Assembly (NCBI RefSeq): GCF_003008535.1
Contig: NZ_CP027666.1
Coordinates: 3,375,989-3,407,988, forward strand
Source: Ottowia oryzae
Lineage (GTDB): Bacteria > Pseudomonadota > Gammaproteobacteria > Burkholderiales > Burkholderiaceae_C
Length of the DNA: 32,000 nucleotides
Direction of reading: 5' to 3'
Within the stretch, counting starts at the first letter, position 1. Each line of letters opens with the position of its first letter. Shown here one piece after another: positions 9,218 to 19,400 of this stretch. Under the pieces are notes generated by a model. That model saw nothing but the letters and a program-made list of their open reading frames with translations. It did no database searches and was not told the origin of the DNA. Both the position numbers and the translations under genes were made by a program.

Positions 9218-9292
9218 CGCCGCTGGCGGGCGCGCTCTGAAGTTGTGACGCTATGGCTTGGCACCGCCCGGCAGTCGCGCCCTGGTTTTGCT

Positions 9293-9352
9293 ATTGATTG
9301 AGTAGCTGCCAGCGCCCGTCACACCTGCGCCAGACGCTGATTTTCCTTAAGG
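9293..9352 (+). repeat. REP-like repeat, copy C
   Basis: ATTGATTGAGTAGCTGCCAGCGCCCGTCACACCTGCGCCAGACGCTGATTTTCCTTAAGG. It overlaps the last codons of the convergent response-regulator gene. Confidence 0.65.
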
Positions 9353-10020
9353 CGCTCCACCCCGCCCAGCGCGCGGGCGGCGATCACCGCCTCGGTGCGG
9401 TTGCGCGCCCGCAGCGCACGGAAGATGGCCGCCAGGTGGATCTTGACCGTGCCTTCGCTGATGCCCAGGCCGCGCGCGATTTCCTTGTTGGGCTGCCCGG
9501 CCGAAAGGTGCGACAGCACGTCCAGCTGGCGGTCGGTCAGCATGTGGCGCAGCTGCGCGATCGACGGGCTCAGCGCCACGGTGTACGGGTCCAGCGCCTC
9601 GTCGCTGGCGCGCTCGGTTGCCGGCGCCGTGCCCGGCATCAGCTGCCAAGGCAGGTAGGTGCCGCCGCCCAGCACCGTCTGCACCGCCATCAGCATGGCT
9701 TCGGGGCTGTGCGCCTTGGGGATGAAGCCTTGCGCGCCCGCCTCCATCGCGGCGCGCACCACGGCATCGTCCTGCGCGCCCGACAACACGATGATCTTCA
9801 GCCCCGGCCAGCGCCGGTGCGCCTCGCTGATGTGCTCCACCCCGCGTGCGCCGGGCATGCCCAGGTCGATCAGCGCCAGCGCCACGCTGGCGTCCAGCGC
9901 GTGGTGCAGCTCGTCCACCGAAAAGGCGGTGCAGACGGCCAGATCGGGCGTCAGCTCTTTCAGCTTGTCGGCGACGGCTTCGACGATCAGGCGGTGGTCA
10001 TCGGCGATAAGGATTTTCAT
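9319..10020 (-). CDS. two-component response regulator, NarL/FixJ (LuxR-type HTH) family
   Basis: Receiver domain MKILIADDHRLIVE...LALIDLGMPG...KIIVLSG plus a C-terminal LuxR HTH LTDRQLDVLSHLSAGQPNKEIARGLGISEGTVKIHL. Start chosen at the ATG (MKIL). No sensor kinase is adjacent. Confidence 0.85.
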   Translation of the reverse strand: MKILIADDHRLIVEAVADKLKELTPDLAVCTAFSVDELHHALDASVALALIDLGMPGARGVEHISEAHRRWPGLKIIVLSGAQDDAVVRAAMEAGAQGFIPKAHSPEAMLMAVQTVLGGGTYLPWQLMPGTAPATERASDEALDPYTVALSPSIAQLRHMLTDRQLDVLSHLSAGQPNKEIARGLGISEGTVKIHLAAIFRALRARNRTEAVIAARALGGVERLKENQRLAQV

Positions 10021-10125
10021 GGGGGCACCCGCATACAGCGCAGCCAACCGGGCACCGTGCCCGGTTACGCCCGGTCACGATATACGCGCCGCGGCTGGCG
10101 CGCAAGCCAAATGATCGCCATTGGA

Positions 10126-10145
10126 CATAGGCCATTTGGCCTATG
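10126..10145. promoter_or_regulatory. 20-bp perfect palindrome upstream of the response-regulator gene
   Basis: CATAGGCCA-TT-TGGCCTATG, about 105 bp upstream of the start at 10020, within a ~350-bp non-coding gap. Confidence 0.3.
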
Positions 10146-10401
10146 CCGTGCGTGAGTTGGGCGCCTAACGGGCCCTGGCGGCGGGCGCCCGACCGGTCTG
10201 CGCAATGGAGCGTGCGGGGAGGATGCAGCCGGGCTTTCTCGGACGAAGGCCCCACTGCTTGCCCAACGGCAAAAACATATCCAATGAGTGGCCAGCGCAT
10301 CACCCGCTGCTGTCAGGCGCCGGTGCGGCCATGCCCTCATCCGACCAAGGCCGAAGGCGCCCAAGCCCTCAGGGCAGGGCGCCTTGCGGCGAGGTATCCG
10401 A

Positions 10402-10809
10402 TCAGCGGCCGCGCTTGGCGTCCAGGCTGAAGGCGCCTGCGCCGAAAGCGGCGAAGGCCAGCAAGCCGCCCGCGATGGCCACGTTCTTGTTGAACATCAG
10501 CTGCTGCACCATGGCCTGGTCGGCAGGCACGGCCCAGTAGTTATGGAAGAAAAAGCCGGCAGCGAGGGTGAAGAGCGTCAGCACCAGCGCAGCCCAGCGG
10601 GTTTGAAAGCCCACCAGCAGCATCAGGCCCACGCCCAGTTCCACGACGATAGCCAGCCCGGCGGCCACCTCGGGCATGGGCAGGCCCTTGGATGTGATGT
10701 AGCCCACGGTGCCGGCAAAGCCGGTCAGCTTGCCGATGCCGGCGGGGATGAACAGGTAGGCCAGCAACAGGCGGCCAATCAGGGCGATGGGGTTTTGCAG
10801 GGATGACAT
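10402..10809 (-). CDS. DoxX family membrane protein
   Basis: 135 aa with four predicted TM segments. LIGRLLLAYLFIPAGIGKL...GLAIVVELGVGLMLLVGFQTRWAAL is typical of DoxX. Confidence 0.85.
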   Translation of the reverse strand: MSSLQNPIALIGRLLLAYLFIPAGIGKLTGFAGTVGYITSKGLPMPEVAAGLAIVVELGVGLMLLVGFQTRWAALVLTLFTLAAGFFFHNYWAVPADQAMVQQLMFNKNVAIAGGLLAFAAFGAGAFSLDAKRGR

Positions 10810-10986
10810 GACAAGGTCCTTCAGAGGGTTAAGAAAATCAAAAACAGGAGCACCCGCGCAAGTAGGCGCCTGCGCTGGCAGCAGCCAGCACCAAATGCCA
10901 CCGGGCCGCGCGCTGCGGCGCCGGTCAGGTTGTGAATCGGCTTTCAGGCACGCCGGCGCTTGGCCGAGAGGCCGCCGCCGGCACGC

Positions 10987-11688
10987 TCAGGGCGCCAGGT
11001 CGAACACCAGCACTTCGGCGTCGTGCCCGTGGTTCAGCGTGATCTGGCTTTCACCGTCGATCAAGGCAGCGTCGCCGCCCGTCAGGCGTTGGCCGTTCAC
11101 ATCCAGCTGGCCGCGCACTAGGTGCACGTAGGCCTTGCGGGCGGGGTTCAGCGCCAGCGTGGCGTGTTCGGCGCCGTCGAACAGGCCGGCGTACAGGGCG
11201 GCGTCGGCGTGAATCTTGACCGCGTGCGCGTCGGACTGCGGGGAAGCCACCAGGCGCAGTTGGCCGCGCTTGTCGGCTTCGGGCACGGTTTTTTGCTCGT
11301 AGCTGGGCGCGATGCCGGTCTGGTTGGGCTCGATCCAGATCTGCAGGAAGTGCGTGATCTGGCCTTCGGCGTGGTTGAACTCGCTGTGCGTCACGCCGCT
11401 GCCGGCGCTCATGCGCTGCACGTCGCCAGGCGGAATGCCTTCGACGTTGCCCATGCTGTCGCGGTGGGCCAGGTTGCCTTCCAGCACGTAGCTGATGATT
11501 TCCATGTCGCGGTGGCTGTGCGCGCCAAAGCCCTTGCCCGGCGCTACGCGGTCTTCGTTGATGACGCGCAGGTTGCCCCAGCCCATGTGCGCCGGGTCGT
11601 AGTAGCCGGCGAAGGAAAAGCTGTGGTTGGACTTCAGCCAGCCGTGGTCCGCATAGCCACGGTCTTGCGATTTTCGGATTTGAATCAT
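10987..11688 (-). CDS. pirin family protein (quercetin 2,3-dioxygenase-like)
   Basis: MIQIRKSQDRGYADHGWLKSNHSFSFAGYYDP...GFGAHSHRDMEIISYVLEG...HSEFN shows the pirin cupin metal-ligand motifs. Start at an internal ATG (cat at 11686-11688). Confidence 0.9.
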   Translation of the reverse strand: MIQIRKSQDRGYADHGWLKSNHSFSFAGYYDPAHMGWGNLRVINEDRVAPGKGFGAHSHRDMEIISYVLEGNLAHRDSMGNVEGIPPGDVQRMSAGSGVTHSEFNHAEGQITHFLQIWIEPNQTGIAPSYEQKTVPEADKRGQLRLVASPQSDAHAVKIHADAALYAGLFDGAEHATLALNPARKAYVHLVRGQLDVNGQRLTGGDAALIDGESQITLNHGHDAEVLVFDLAP

Positions 11689-11843
11689 GGGGTAATGCCT
11701 TTCAAGTGCGGAAGGCCGCCTCATGCTGCATTGCAGCGTGGGTGCCACCCTCAGCACAGAACTAGAACTTTAGGCCGGGTTAGACCCGATGGGGGTTCGA
11801 CACATTGACGTCATCATTCAAAAAAATTAAACAATCGCCCTCC

Positions 11844-12788
11844 ATGCCCGAAACGCCTACCGACCTGCTCAGCCCCGATGCCTTTCGGATCCTCAACGCC
11901 ATCGCCCGCAACGGCACCTTTGCCGGTGCCGCGCGCGAATTGGGCGTGGTGCCCAGCGCCCTGACCTACCGCGTGCGCCAGGTAGAGGACGCGCTGGACG
12001 TGCTTTTGTTCGACCGCTCTTCCCGCCAGGCGCGCCCCACCGAAGCCGGCGCCGAGCTGCTGGCCCAGGGCGAGCGCCTGCACCGCGAAGTGAACTCCGT
12101 GGTCAACCGCGTCAAGCGCGTGGCCACCGGCTGGGCGCCGCAGTTCACCATCGCGGCGGACGGGCTGATCTCGTCTTCGGCGCTGATGGAGCTGGTGGAA
12201 GCCTTCTACGCGCTCAACCCGCCCACCCGGCTGCGCGTGCGCGACGAAATCCTGAGCGGCACGCTGAGCGCCGTCACCTCGGGCCGTGCCGACTTGGCGC
12301 TGGGCGTGATTCTGGAGCCGTCTTCGGCCGCCAACCTGAAGGCCATGCCGCTGGGTCAGGTGCGCTTTGTCTACGCGGTGGCGCCGCACCACCCGCTGGC
12401 CAAGGCGCCTGAGCCGCTGGCCGACACCGATTTGCTCAAGCACCGCGGCATCGTGGTGGCCGATTCGGTGCAAAGCGGCATCACCCAGTCGTTTGGGCTG
12501 CTGGAGGGGCAAGACACGCTCACCGTATCCAGCCTGGCGGCCAAGCTGGACGCGCAGTTGCGCGGGCTGGGCGCGGGCTTTCTGCCTGAGCCGATCGCGC
12601 GGCCCTACCTCGCCACCGGCCGCCTGGTTGAACGGCGCGTGGAGCGCTGCACCCGCGTCGCGCAACTGAACTACGCCTGGCGCGCCGACGGCAACCCCGG
12701 CAAGGCGCTGGAATGGTGGCTGGAGCAGCTGCAAAGCCCGAAGACGCGGCGCGCGCTGTTGGAACAGCACGGCCAGCGTGTAGAGTAG
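11844..12788 (+). CDS. LysR family transcriptional regulator
   Basis: N-terminal HTH FRILNAIARNGTFAGAARELGVVPSALTYRVRQVEDAL plus a LysR substrate-binding domain. It is divergent from the pirin gene, a common pairing. Confidence 0.85.
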   Translation: MPETPTDLLSPDAFRILNAIARNGTFAGAARELGVVPSALTYRVRQVEDALDVLLFDRSSRQARPTEAGAELLAQGERLHREVNSVVNRVKRVATGWAPQFTIAADGLISSSALMELVEAFYALNPPTRLRVRDEILSGTLSAVTSGRADLALGVILEPSSAANLKAMPLGQVRFVYAVAPHHPLAKAPEPLADTDLLKHRGIVVADSVQSGITQSFGLLEGQDTLTVSSLAAKLDAQLRGLGAGFLPEPIARPYLATGRLVERRVERCTRVAQLNYAWRADGNPGKALEWWLEQLQSPKTRRALLEQHGQRVE

Positions 12789-12793
12789 GCGGC

Positions 12794-13861
12794 ATGAGCA
12801 CCGCCCGCCGCCGCCCACCCCGACATTTCGCCGTGATCGGCGCTGGTATTGCCGGCCTGGCCGCGGCGCGCACGCTGCGCCAGGCGGGCGATCAAGTCAC
12901 CCTGTTCGAGAGCGCCGACGCCGTGGGCGGGCGCATGGCCACGCAGGACACGCCTTTCGGCAGCTTCGACACCGGGGCGCAGTACTTCACCGTGCGCGAC
13001 CCGCGATTCGCCCGCGCGCTGGAAGCCACCGCCGCCGACGTGGCCCGCCGCTGGAGCGCCAGCGCCGTGCGCGTACTCGACGCCGAAGGCCGCGTGGTTG
13101 AAGCGCCGCCGCCACCGCGCGAAGCCCACTGGGTCGCCGCACCCAGCATGCGCGCGCTGGCCGAGCGCTGGGCAGCCCCGCTGGCGGCCGACGGTTCGCT
13201 GCAACTGGGCACCCGCGTGCTGCGCATCGAGCGCGACGCGCTGGCGCCCGCGCGCTGGCAGCTGCAGACCCAGTCCGCCGCGCAGTCCAACCCCATCCGC
13301 GCAGGTTTTGACGGCGTTATCCTCGCCCTGCCCGCGCCCGACGTGCGCGAGCTGCTATCCAATTCAAAGCAACTGGCCGAGCTGGCCAAGCCGCTGGCCA
13401 AGGTGGACATGGCCCCGTGCTGGACGCTGACGCTGGCCTACCCCAACGCGGCGCAGCCCGGCCTGACCACGCTGGGCCCGCAGTGGAACGCCGCGCGCAG
13501 CACGCACCACCGCGTCAGCTGGCTGGCGCGCGAATCGTCCAAGCCGGGGCGCGCGCAGATCGAGCGATGGACCATCCAGGCCAGCCCCGCCTGGTCACGC
13601 GAGCATGAGCTGGACGACGCACCGCGCGCCAGCGACAAGCTGCGCAAGGCCTTTGCCGAAATCACCGGCATCCGCGCCACGCCCGCCTACGCGCACGCCC
13701 AGCTGTGGCACCACGCGCAAACCCTCACGCCGCTGGGCCAGCCCTTTGTGTGGGACGCGCGCCTGCAAGTCGGCCTGTGCGGCGACTGGTGCCTGGGCAA
13801 CCGCGTCGAGCACGCTTTTGTATCGGGCCTGGATCTGGCCCTGGCCGCCCTGGCCCGCTGA
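12794..13861 (+). CDS. NAD(P)/FAD-dependent oxidoreductase (renalase-like)
   Basis: Dinucleotide-binding motif [37 protein letters not shown]. About 355 aa. It starts 6 nt after the LysR stop. Confidence 0.75.
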   Translation: MSTARRRPPRHFAVIGAGIAGLAAARTLRQAGDQVTLFESADAVGGRMATQDTPFGSFDTGAQYFTVRDPRFARALEATAADVARRWSASAVRVLDAEGRVVEAPPPPREAHWVAAPSMRALAERWAAPLAADGSLQLGTRVLRIERDALAPARWQLQTQSAAQSNPIRAGFDGVILALPAPDVRELLSNSKQLAELAKPLAKVDMAPCWTLTLAYPNAAQPGLTTLGPQWNAARSTHHRVSWLARESSKPGRAQIERWTIQASPAWSREHELDDAPRASDKLRKAFAEITGIRATPAYAHAQLWHHAQTLTPLGQPFVWDARLQVGLCGDWCLGNRVEHAFVSGLDLALAALAR

Positions 13862-13914
13862 GACGAATCCTTCAGGCGCCGGCCGCCGCCGCGGCAAGGG
13901 GCCTGGCGCTGCCC

Positions 13915-14862
13915 ATGGTCATCGGCCGCTTTGCCCCTTCGCCCACCGGCGCGCTGCATGCCGGGTCGCTGGTGGCAGCGCTGGCCAGCTGGCTGGACGT
14001 GCGTGCGCAAGGCGGCCGCTGGCTGGTGCGCATCGAAGACGTGGACACCCCGCGCTGCCTGCCCGGCGCCGACCAGCGCATCCTGCAGCAGCTGGCCGAT
14101 TGCGGCCTGGTGCCCGACGAAGCGCCCACCTGGCAATCCCAACGCGGCCATCTCTACGAAGCTGCCCTGGCGCGGCTGGTGGATGAGGGCCTGGCCTACC
14201 CCTGCGCGTGCTCACGCAAAGACATCGCTCTGGCCCAGGCGGCGCTGGGCCGCAGCGCCACGCGCGGCGTGGAACTGCCCTACCCCGGCACCTGCCGGCC
14301 CGAGCGCGGCGGCCTGCATGGCCGACCCGCCCGCGCGTGGCGCCTGCACACTGGGCGTTTGATACCCAATCAGCCCCCAGCGCAGGATGGGCCAGCGCCG
14401 GCAGCTACGCATTTCATAGCAAATTCAGCGCTGACCATCACCTGGAACGACCGCCGACTGGGCCCGCAGCGCCAGGATGTCGCCACCGCGGTGGGCGACT
14501 TCGTGCTGCGCCGCGCAGACGGGCTGTGGGCGTACCAGCTCGCCGTGGTGGTGGACGACGCCGCGCAAGGCATAACGCACGTCGTGCGCGGTGAAGACCT
14601 GGCCGACAACACGCCGCGGCAGATCCTGCTGCAACGCGCGCTGGGCCTGCCCACGCCGCTGTACCTTCACACCCCGCTGGTGCTGGCCGCCGATGGCGAA
14701 AAGCTCAGCAAGCAAAACGGCGCCGAAGCCGTGGACACCCGCACACCGCTGCAGGCCCTGAACGCCGCCGCCGCGCCACTGGGCCTGCCCCCCGCGCCCA
14801 CCGGCGACGTGCGCGGCGCACTGGCTTTCTGGACCGACGCGTGGCGCACGCGCTTGTGCTGA
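13915..14862 (+). CDS. gluQ: tRNA glutamyl-Q(34) synthetase GluQRS
   Basis: [44 protein letters not shown] (HIGH-like motif) and ...[35 protein letters not shown]...KLSKQ. It has the size of a truncated GluRS paralogue with no anticodon-binding domain. Confidence 0.9.
   Translation: MVIGRFAPSPTGALHAGSLVAALASWLDVRAQGGRWLVRIEDVDTPRCLPGADQRILQQLADCGLVPDEAPTWQSQRGHLYEAALARLVDEGLAYPCACSRKDIALAQAALGRSATRGVELPYPGTCRPERGGLHGRPARAWRLHTGRLIPNQPPAQDGPAPAATHFIANSALTITWNDRRLGPQRQDVATAVGDFVLRRADGLWAYQLAVVVDDAAQGITHVVRGEDLADNTPRQILLQRALGLPTPLYLHTPLVLAADGEKLSKQNGAEAVDTRTPLQALNAAAAPLGLPPAPTGDVRGALAFWTDAWRTRLC
14357..14410 (-). repeat. REP-like repeat, copy K, embedded in frame within gluQ (reverse orientation)
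   Basis: The plus strand reads ...CAGCCCCCAGCGCAGGATGGGCCAGCGCCGGCAGCTAC..., closely parallel to copy I (27505-27560: CAGCCTCTAGCGCAGGCTGCACCAGCGCCGGCAGCTAT). Confidence 0.65.
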
Positions 14863-15086
14863 CAGGCTGAGCGCCACCGGGGCGGCGAGCTGCCGTAGGG
14901 CACGCATTTCCGGCACAGCCAACGTGCACATCAAGCAGTTGCCGGCGCGAGGATGTGCGGAAGCCGCATGGGTGGATTCCAATGGCGGCGGGCAGCTGCG
15001 CGAATGCGCTGTCTGACCGATGGAACGAAAGCGTGGTCACAACAGCCGGGCCGCGCGCCAAGCCCTTCACGCACCCGAAGCCCCAG

Positions 15087-15122
15087 AAAAAAACCCCGCT
15101 ATCTTGTGGATAGCGGGGTTTT
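15087..15122 (-). terminator. rho-independent terminator downstream of tRNA-Lys (bidirectional shape)
   Basis: Stem CCCCGCTATC / GATAGCGGGG with loop TTGTG. It is flanked by A7 on the plus strand (T7 on the minus strand) and by TTTT on the other side. Confidence 0.75.
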
Positions 15123-15141
15123 CAGGCCAGAAGCCATGTTC

Positions 15142-15217
15142 TGGTAGGACGTACAGGGGTCGAACCTGTGACAAACGGATTAAAAGTCCGCTGCTCTACC
15201 AACTGAGCTAACGTCCC
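15142..15217 (-). tRNA. tRNA-Lys (anticodon TTT)
   Basis: Manual cloverleaf: GGGACGT TA GCTC AGTTGGTA GAGC A GCGGA CTTTTAA TCCGT TTGTC ACAGG TTCGACC CCTGT ACGTCCT A CCA. 76 nt; the first acceptor pair is G-U. Confidence 0.9.
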
Positions 15218-15261
15218 ACATTTGCCAGTTTACGCTTTAGCGTTTGCTGGAAAGCCTCGAA

Positions 15262-16089
15262 TTATAGCCCGGTTTTTTGGGGGTGGCCAGAAATTTTTTC
15301 AAGCACCCATCCGGCCGCGCAAAACCCGAAGGTGGCGGTCACCGCCACCGACGATCCGTAGCCGCTGCAATTGAGCGAACCGTCCACCTCTGCCGGCGCA
15401 TCGCACGCCTGCGGCATGACCACGGTTTCGCGGCTGAACACCGCGTGCACGCCGATGCGGCGCCCGGCGGCCGGCGCGCCGTGGCGGCGGCGCAGCTGAT
15501 AGCGCAACTGGGCGATCAGCGGGTCGTGCGTGACGTCGGCTACGTCGGCGATGTCCACGCGCTCGGCGTGGCGCTTGCCACCGGCCGCGCCCACGGTGAT
15601 GAAGTGCACGCGCTCAGCGCGCGCCCAGGCGGCCATGGCGGTCTTGGCGCGCACTTGGTCGCACGCGTCGATGACGGCGTCGGCCGGTGCGGGCAGCAGC
15701 GCGGGCCAGTTGCCGGGCTCGACAAACTCATCCACGGCATGAACGATGCAACCAGGGTGGATCTGCGCAATGCGCTCGCGCATCGCCTCGACCTTGGCTT
15801 GCCCCAGCGTGGGCGTCAGCGCGTGAATCTGCCGGTTGACGTTGGATTCGGCCACGTGGTCCAGATCGATCAGCGTCAGGCGGGCAACGCCGCTGCGCGC
15901 CAGCGCCTCGGCGGCCCACGAGCCCACGCCGCCGATGCCCACCACCGCCACGTGCGCGGCGCGAATGCGCGCGGCGCCCTCGCTGCCGTACAGGCGCGTC
16001 AGGCCGCCAAAGCGGCGTTCGGTATCGGCCGCGTCTTCGGCACCGATGGGCATCGGCGGGGCGGTCGGCTGTTCGGGGGCGTGGGTCAT
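15262..16089 (-). CDS. tcdA: tRNA threonylcarbamoyladenosine dehydratase TcdA (ThiF/MoeB-type E1-like)
   Basis: RFGGLTRLYGSEGAARIRAAHVAVVGIGGVGSWAAEALARSGVARLTLIDLDHVAESNVNRQIHA matches the TcdA/CsdL Rossmann motif. Start at an internal ATG (MTHAPE). Confidence 0.85.
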   Translation of the reverse strand: MTHAPEQPTAPPMPIGAEDAADTERRFGGLTRLYGSEGAARIRAAHVAVVGIGGVGSWAAEALARSGVARLTLIDLDHVAESNVNRQIHALTPTLGQAKVEAMRERIAQIHPGCIVHAVDEFVEPGNWPALLPAPADAVIDACDQVRAKTAMAAWARAERVHFITVGAAGGKRHAERVDIADVADVTHDPLIAQLRYQLRRRHGAPAAGRRIGVHAVFSRETVVMPQACDAPAEVDGSLNCSGYGSSVAVTATFGFCAAGWVLEKISGHPQKTGL

Positions 16090-16224
16090 GAATCGGTGGC
16101 AAGGGCCAGGGCGCGGCAAGGAGCATTGGGCCCCAGCCCGGGCCGCCGGCTGTGGCGCAGATTGTAGAAGTGCTGTGCGCGCCGCGCGGGCGTGCCTGCC
16201 GGTTGGCACATCCGATCAACTATG

Positions 16225-16280
16225 TTTTTCATAGCTGCCAGCGCTGGTGCAGCGGGCGCCAGAGGCCAATTTTGCTTAAA
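16225..16280 (+). repeat. REP-like repeat, copy D
   Basis: TTTTTCATAGCTGCCAGCGCTGGTGCAGCGGGCGCCAGAGGCCAATTTTGCTTAAA, in the divergent tcdA/valS intergenic region. Confidence 0.75.
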
Positions 16281-16426
16281 GCCCGGAAGCGACGGCGCTG
16301 CGCTACCCCAAGGCATGCCCTCGGTAGAATGACCCCCTTGATTCTCTTGCGGGCGCCCTTGGCTGGCGGCCCGCGCCTTGTCCATTCTGGCTCCATCCCG
16401 GCCTAGACGGCCCACTTCACAACACC

Positions 16427-19400
16427 ATGTCCGATCAGCCCGCGCAACCCGGCCTTGAAAGCCTGTCCAAATCGTTCGAACCGACCGCCATCGAGGCCTT
16501 CTGGGGCCCCGAGTGGGAACGCCGGGGCTACGGGCGCGCGGGCGTACGCGGCACAGGCCAGCCCGACGCGGCCGCGGCGGCGCGGGGCGATAACTTCTGC
16601 ATCCAGCTGCCGCCCCCGAACGTGACGGGCACGCTGCACATGGGCCATGCGTTCAACCAGACGATCATGGACACGCTCACGCGCTACCACCGCATGCGCG
16701 GCTTCAACACGCTGTGGGTGCCCGGCACCGACCATGCGGGCATCGCCACGCAGATCGTGGTGGAGCGCCAGCTGCAAGAGCAGCAAGGCCAAAGCCGCTA
16801 CGACCTGGGCCGCAAGAACTTCGTGGCGCGCGTGTGGGAATGGAAGCAGCAGTCGGGCGACACCATCACTCGCCAGATGCGCCGAATGGGCGACAGCGTG
16901 GACTGGGGCCATGAGTACTTCACCATGGACGACAACCTGTCCAAAGTGGTGACCGACACCTTCGTGCGCCTGTACGAACAGGGCCTGATCTACCGCGGCA
17001 AGCGCCTGGTCAACTGGGACCCGGCGCTGAAATCCGCCGTGAGCGACCTGGAAGTGGTCAGCGAAGAAGAAGACGGCTTTCTGTGGCACATCGCCTACCC
17101 GCTGGTCGACCCGGACGGCAGCCTGAAAGCCGCCGGCGCGCCCGCCAGCCTGGTGGTGGCCACCACCCGGCCCGAGACCATGCTGGGCGACGTCGCCGTG
17201 ATGGTGCACCCCGAAGACGAGCGCTACCAGGCGCTGATCGGCAAGCACGTCACGCTGCCGCTGGTGGGCCGCGAGATTCCGGTGATTGCCGACGACTATG
17301 TGGACCGCGAGTTCGGCACCGGCGTGGTCAAGGTCACGCCCGCGCACGACGCCAACGACTACGCCGTGGGCCAGCGGCACAAGCTGCCCATGATCGGCGT
17401 GCTGAACCTAGACGCCACCATCAACGACCAGTCGCCCGAGAAATACCGCGGCATGGACCGCTTCGTGGCGCGCAAGGCCATCGTGGCCGACCTGGATGCG
17501 CAAGGCGCGCTGGTCGACACCAAGAAACACAAGCTGATGGTGCCGCGCTGCGAGCGCACCGGCCAGATCATCGAGCCGATGCTGACCGACCAGTGGTTTG
17601 TGGCCATGACCAAGGTCAGCCCGCAAGACCCGACGGGCAAGAGCATTGCGCAAAAGGCGATCGACGCGGTGGCCAGCGGGCAGGTGCGCTTCGTGCCCGA
17701 AAACTGGGTCAACACCTACAACCAGTGGATGAACAACATCCAGGACTGGACCATCAGCCGCCAGCTGTGGTGGGGCCACCAAATCCCCGCCTGGTACGGC
17801 GAAGATGGTTCAATTTTTGTAGCAAACAACGAAGAAGAGGCCAGCGCCAAGGCCCAAAAAGCTGGCTATACCGGCACCCTGACGCGCGACCCCGATGTGC
17901 TGGACACCTGGTACTCATCGGCGCTGGTGCCCTTCTCTTCGCTGGGCTGGCCGCAGCAAGAGACCCCCACGCTCCCCGCTGCGCGTGGTTCGCTGCCCCC
18001 CGAGGGGGCTGCTGCGCCTTCGGGCGGCCGTGCGGCGCAGCTCTCAGACATGGCGCTGTACCTGCCCTCATCGGTGCTGGTGACAGGGCACGACATCATC
18101 TTCTTCTGGGTGGCCCGGATGATCATGATGACCACGCACTTCACCGGCAAGGTGCCCTTCCGCGACGTGTACATCCACGGCCTGGTGCTGGACGCGCACG
18201 GCAAGAAGATGAGCAAGAGCGAGGGCAACGTGCTGGACCCGGTCGATCTGATCGACGGCATCGCGCTCGACCCGCTGCTGGCCAAGCGCACCACGGGCCT
18301 GCGCCGCCCCGAGACGGCGCCCAAGGTGCGCGAGAACACCAAGAAGGAATTCCCTGAAGGCATTCCCGGCTACGGCGCCGACGCGCTGCGCTTCACCTTC
18401 GCCGCCATGGCCACGCTGGGGCGCACCATCAACTTCGACAGCAAGCGCTGCGAGGGCTACCGCAACTTCTGCAACAAGCTCTGGAACGCCAGCCGATTCG
18501 TGCTGATGAATTGCGAAGGTCATGATTGCGGAAATAACGCCCCCACGCTCCCCGCTTCGCGTGGTTCGCTGCCCCCCGAGGGGGCTGGCCCCGCCTTGGG
18601 GCGGCCCGGCACCGGGGCCGAAGGCGATACCGCCCCTGAACGCTCTGCCGCCGACCGCTGGATCGTCAGCCGCCTGCAGAAGGCCGAGGCCGCCGTGGCC
18701 AAGGCTTTCGAGGACTACCGGCTGGACCTGGCAGCCAACGCCATCTACGACTTTGTGTGGAACGAGTTCTGCGACTGGTACCTTGAAATCGCCAAGGTGC
18801 AGATCCAGACCGGCTCGCCCGAGCAGCAACGCGCCACGCGCCGCACCCTGGTGCGCGTGCTGGAAGCCATTCTGCGGCTGGCGCACCCCATCATCCCGTT
18901 CGTGACCGAGGCGCTGTGGCAAGCCGTGGCGCCCGTGGCGGGCAAGTCGGGCGCGTCGATCATGGTGGCGGCCTACCCGCAATCGCAGGCGGCCAACATC
19001 GATGAGGCGGCCGAGGCCGAAATCGCCCGCCTGAAGGCGCTGGTGGACGCTTGCCGCACCTTGCGCGGCGAGATGAACGTGTCGCCCGCGCAGCGCCTGC
19101 CGCTGTACGCCACCGGCGACGAAGCCTTCCTGCGCACCATGGGCCCCACGCTGCAAGCGCTGGCCAAACTGAGCGAGGTGCGCCTGTTTGCCGACGAAGC
19201 GCAATGGGCCGAGGCCGCTGGCGCCGCGCCCGTGGCCGTGGTGGGCGATGCGCGCCTCGCGCTGTTCATGGAAATCGACGTGGCGGCCGAGCAGCAGCGC
19301 CTGGACAAGGAGATCAAGCGCCTGGAAGGCGAGATCGCCAAGGCCAACGCCAAGCTGGGCAACGAAGCCTTCGTGGCCAAGGCGCCGCCGCAGGTGATCG

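Noticed and set aside
11724-11736. Short palindrome GCTGCATTGCAGC in the pirin/LysR intergenic region, as a LysR T-N11-A box
   Set aside because: It is too short, and it does not clearly fit the T-N11-A spacing. It is plausible but cannot be supported from sequence alone.
14863-15086. About 220 nt of non-coding sequence between the gluQ stop and the bidirectional terminator, as a possible sRNA or 3'-UTR element
   Set aside because: I could see no conserved-looking structure, repeat or promoter motif by eye, so there is nothing to support a call without transcript data.
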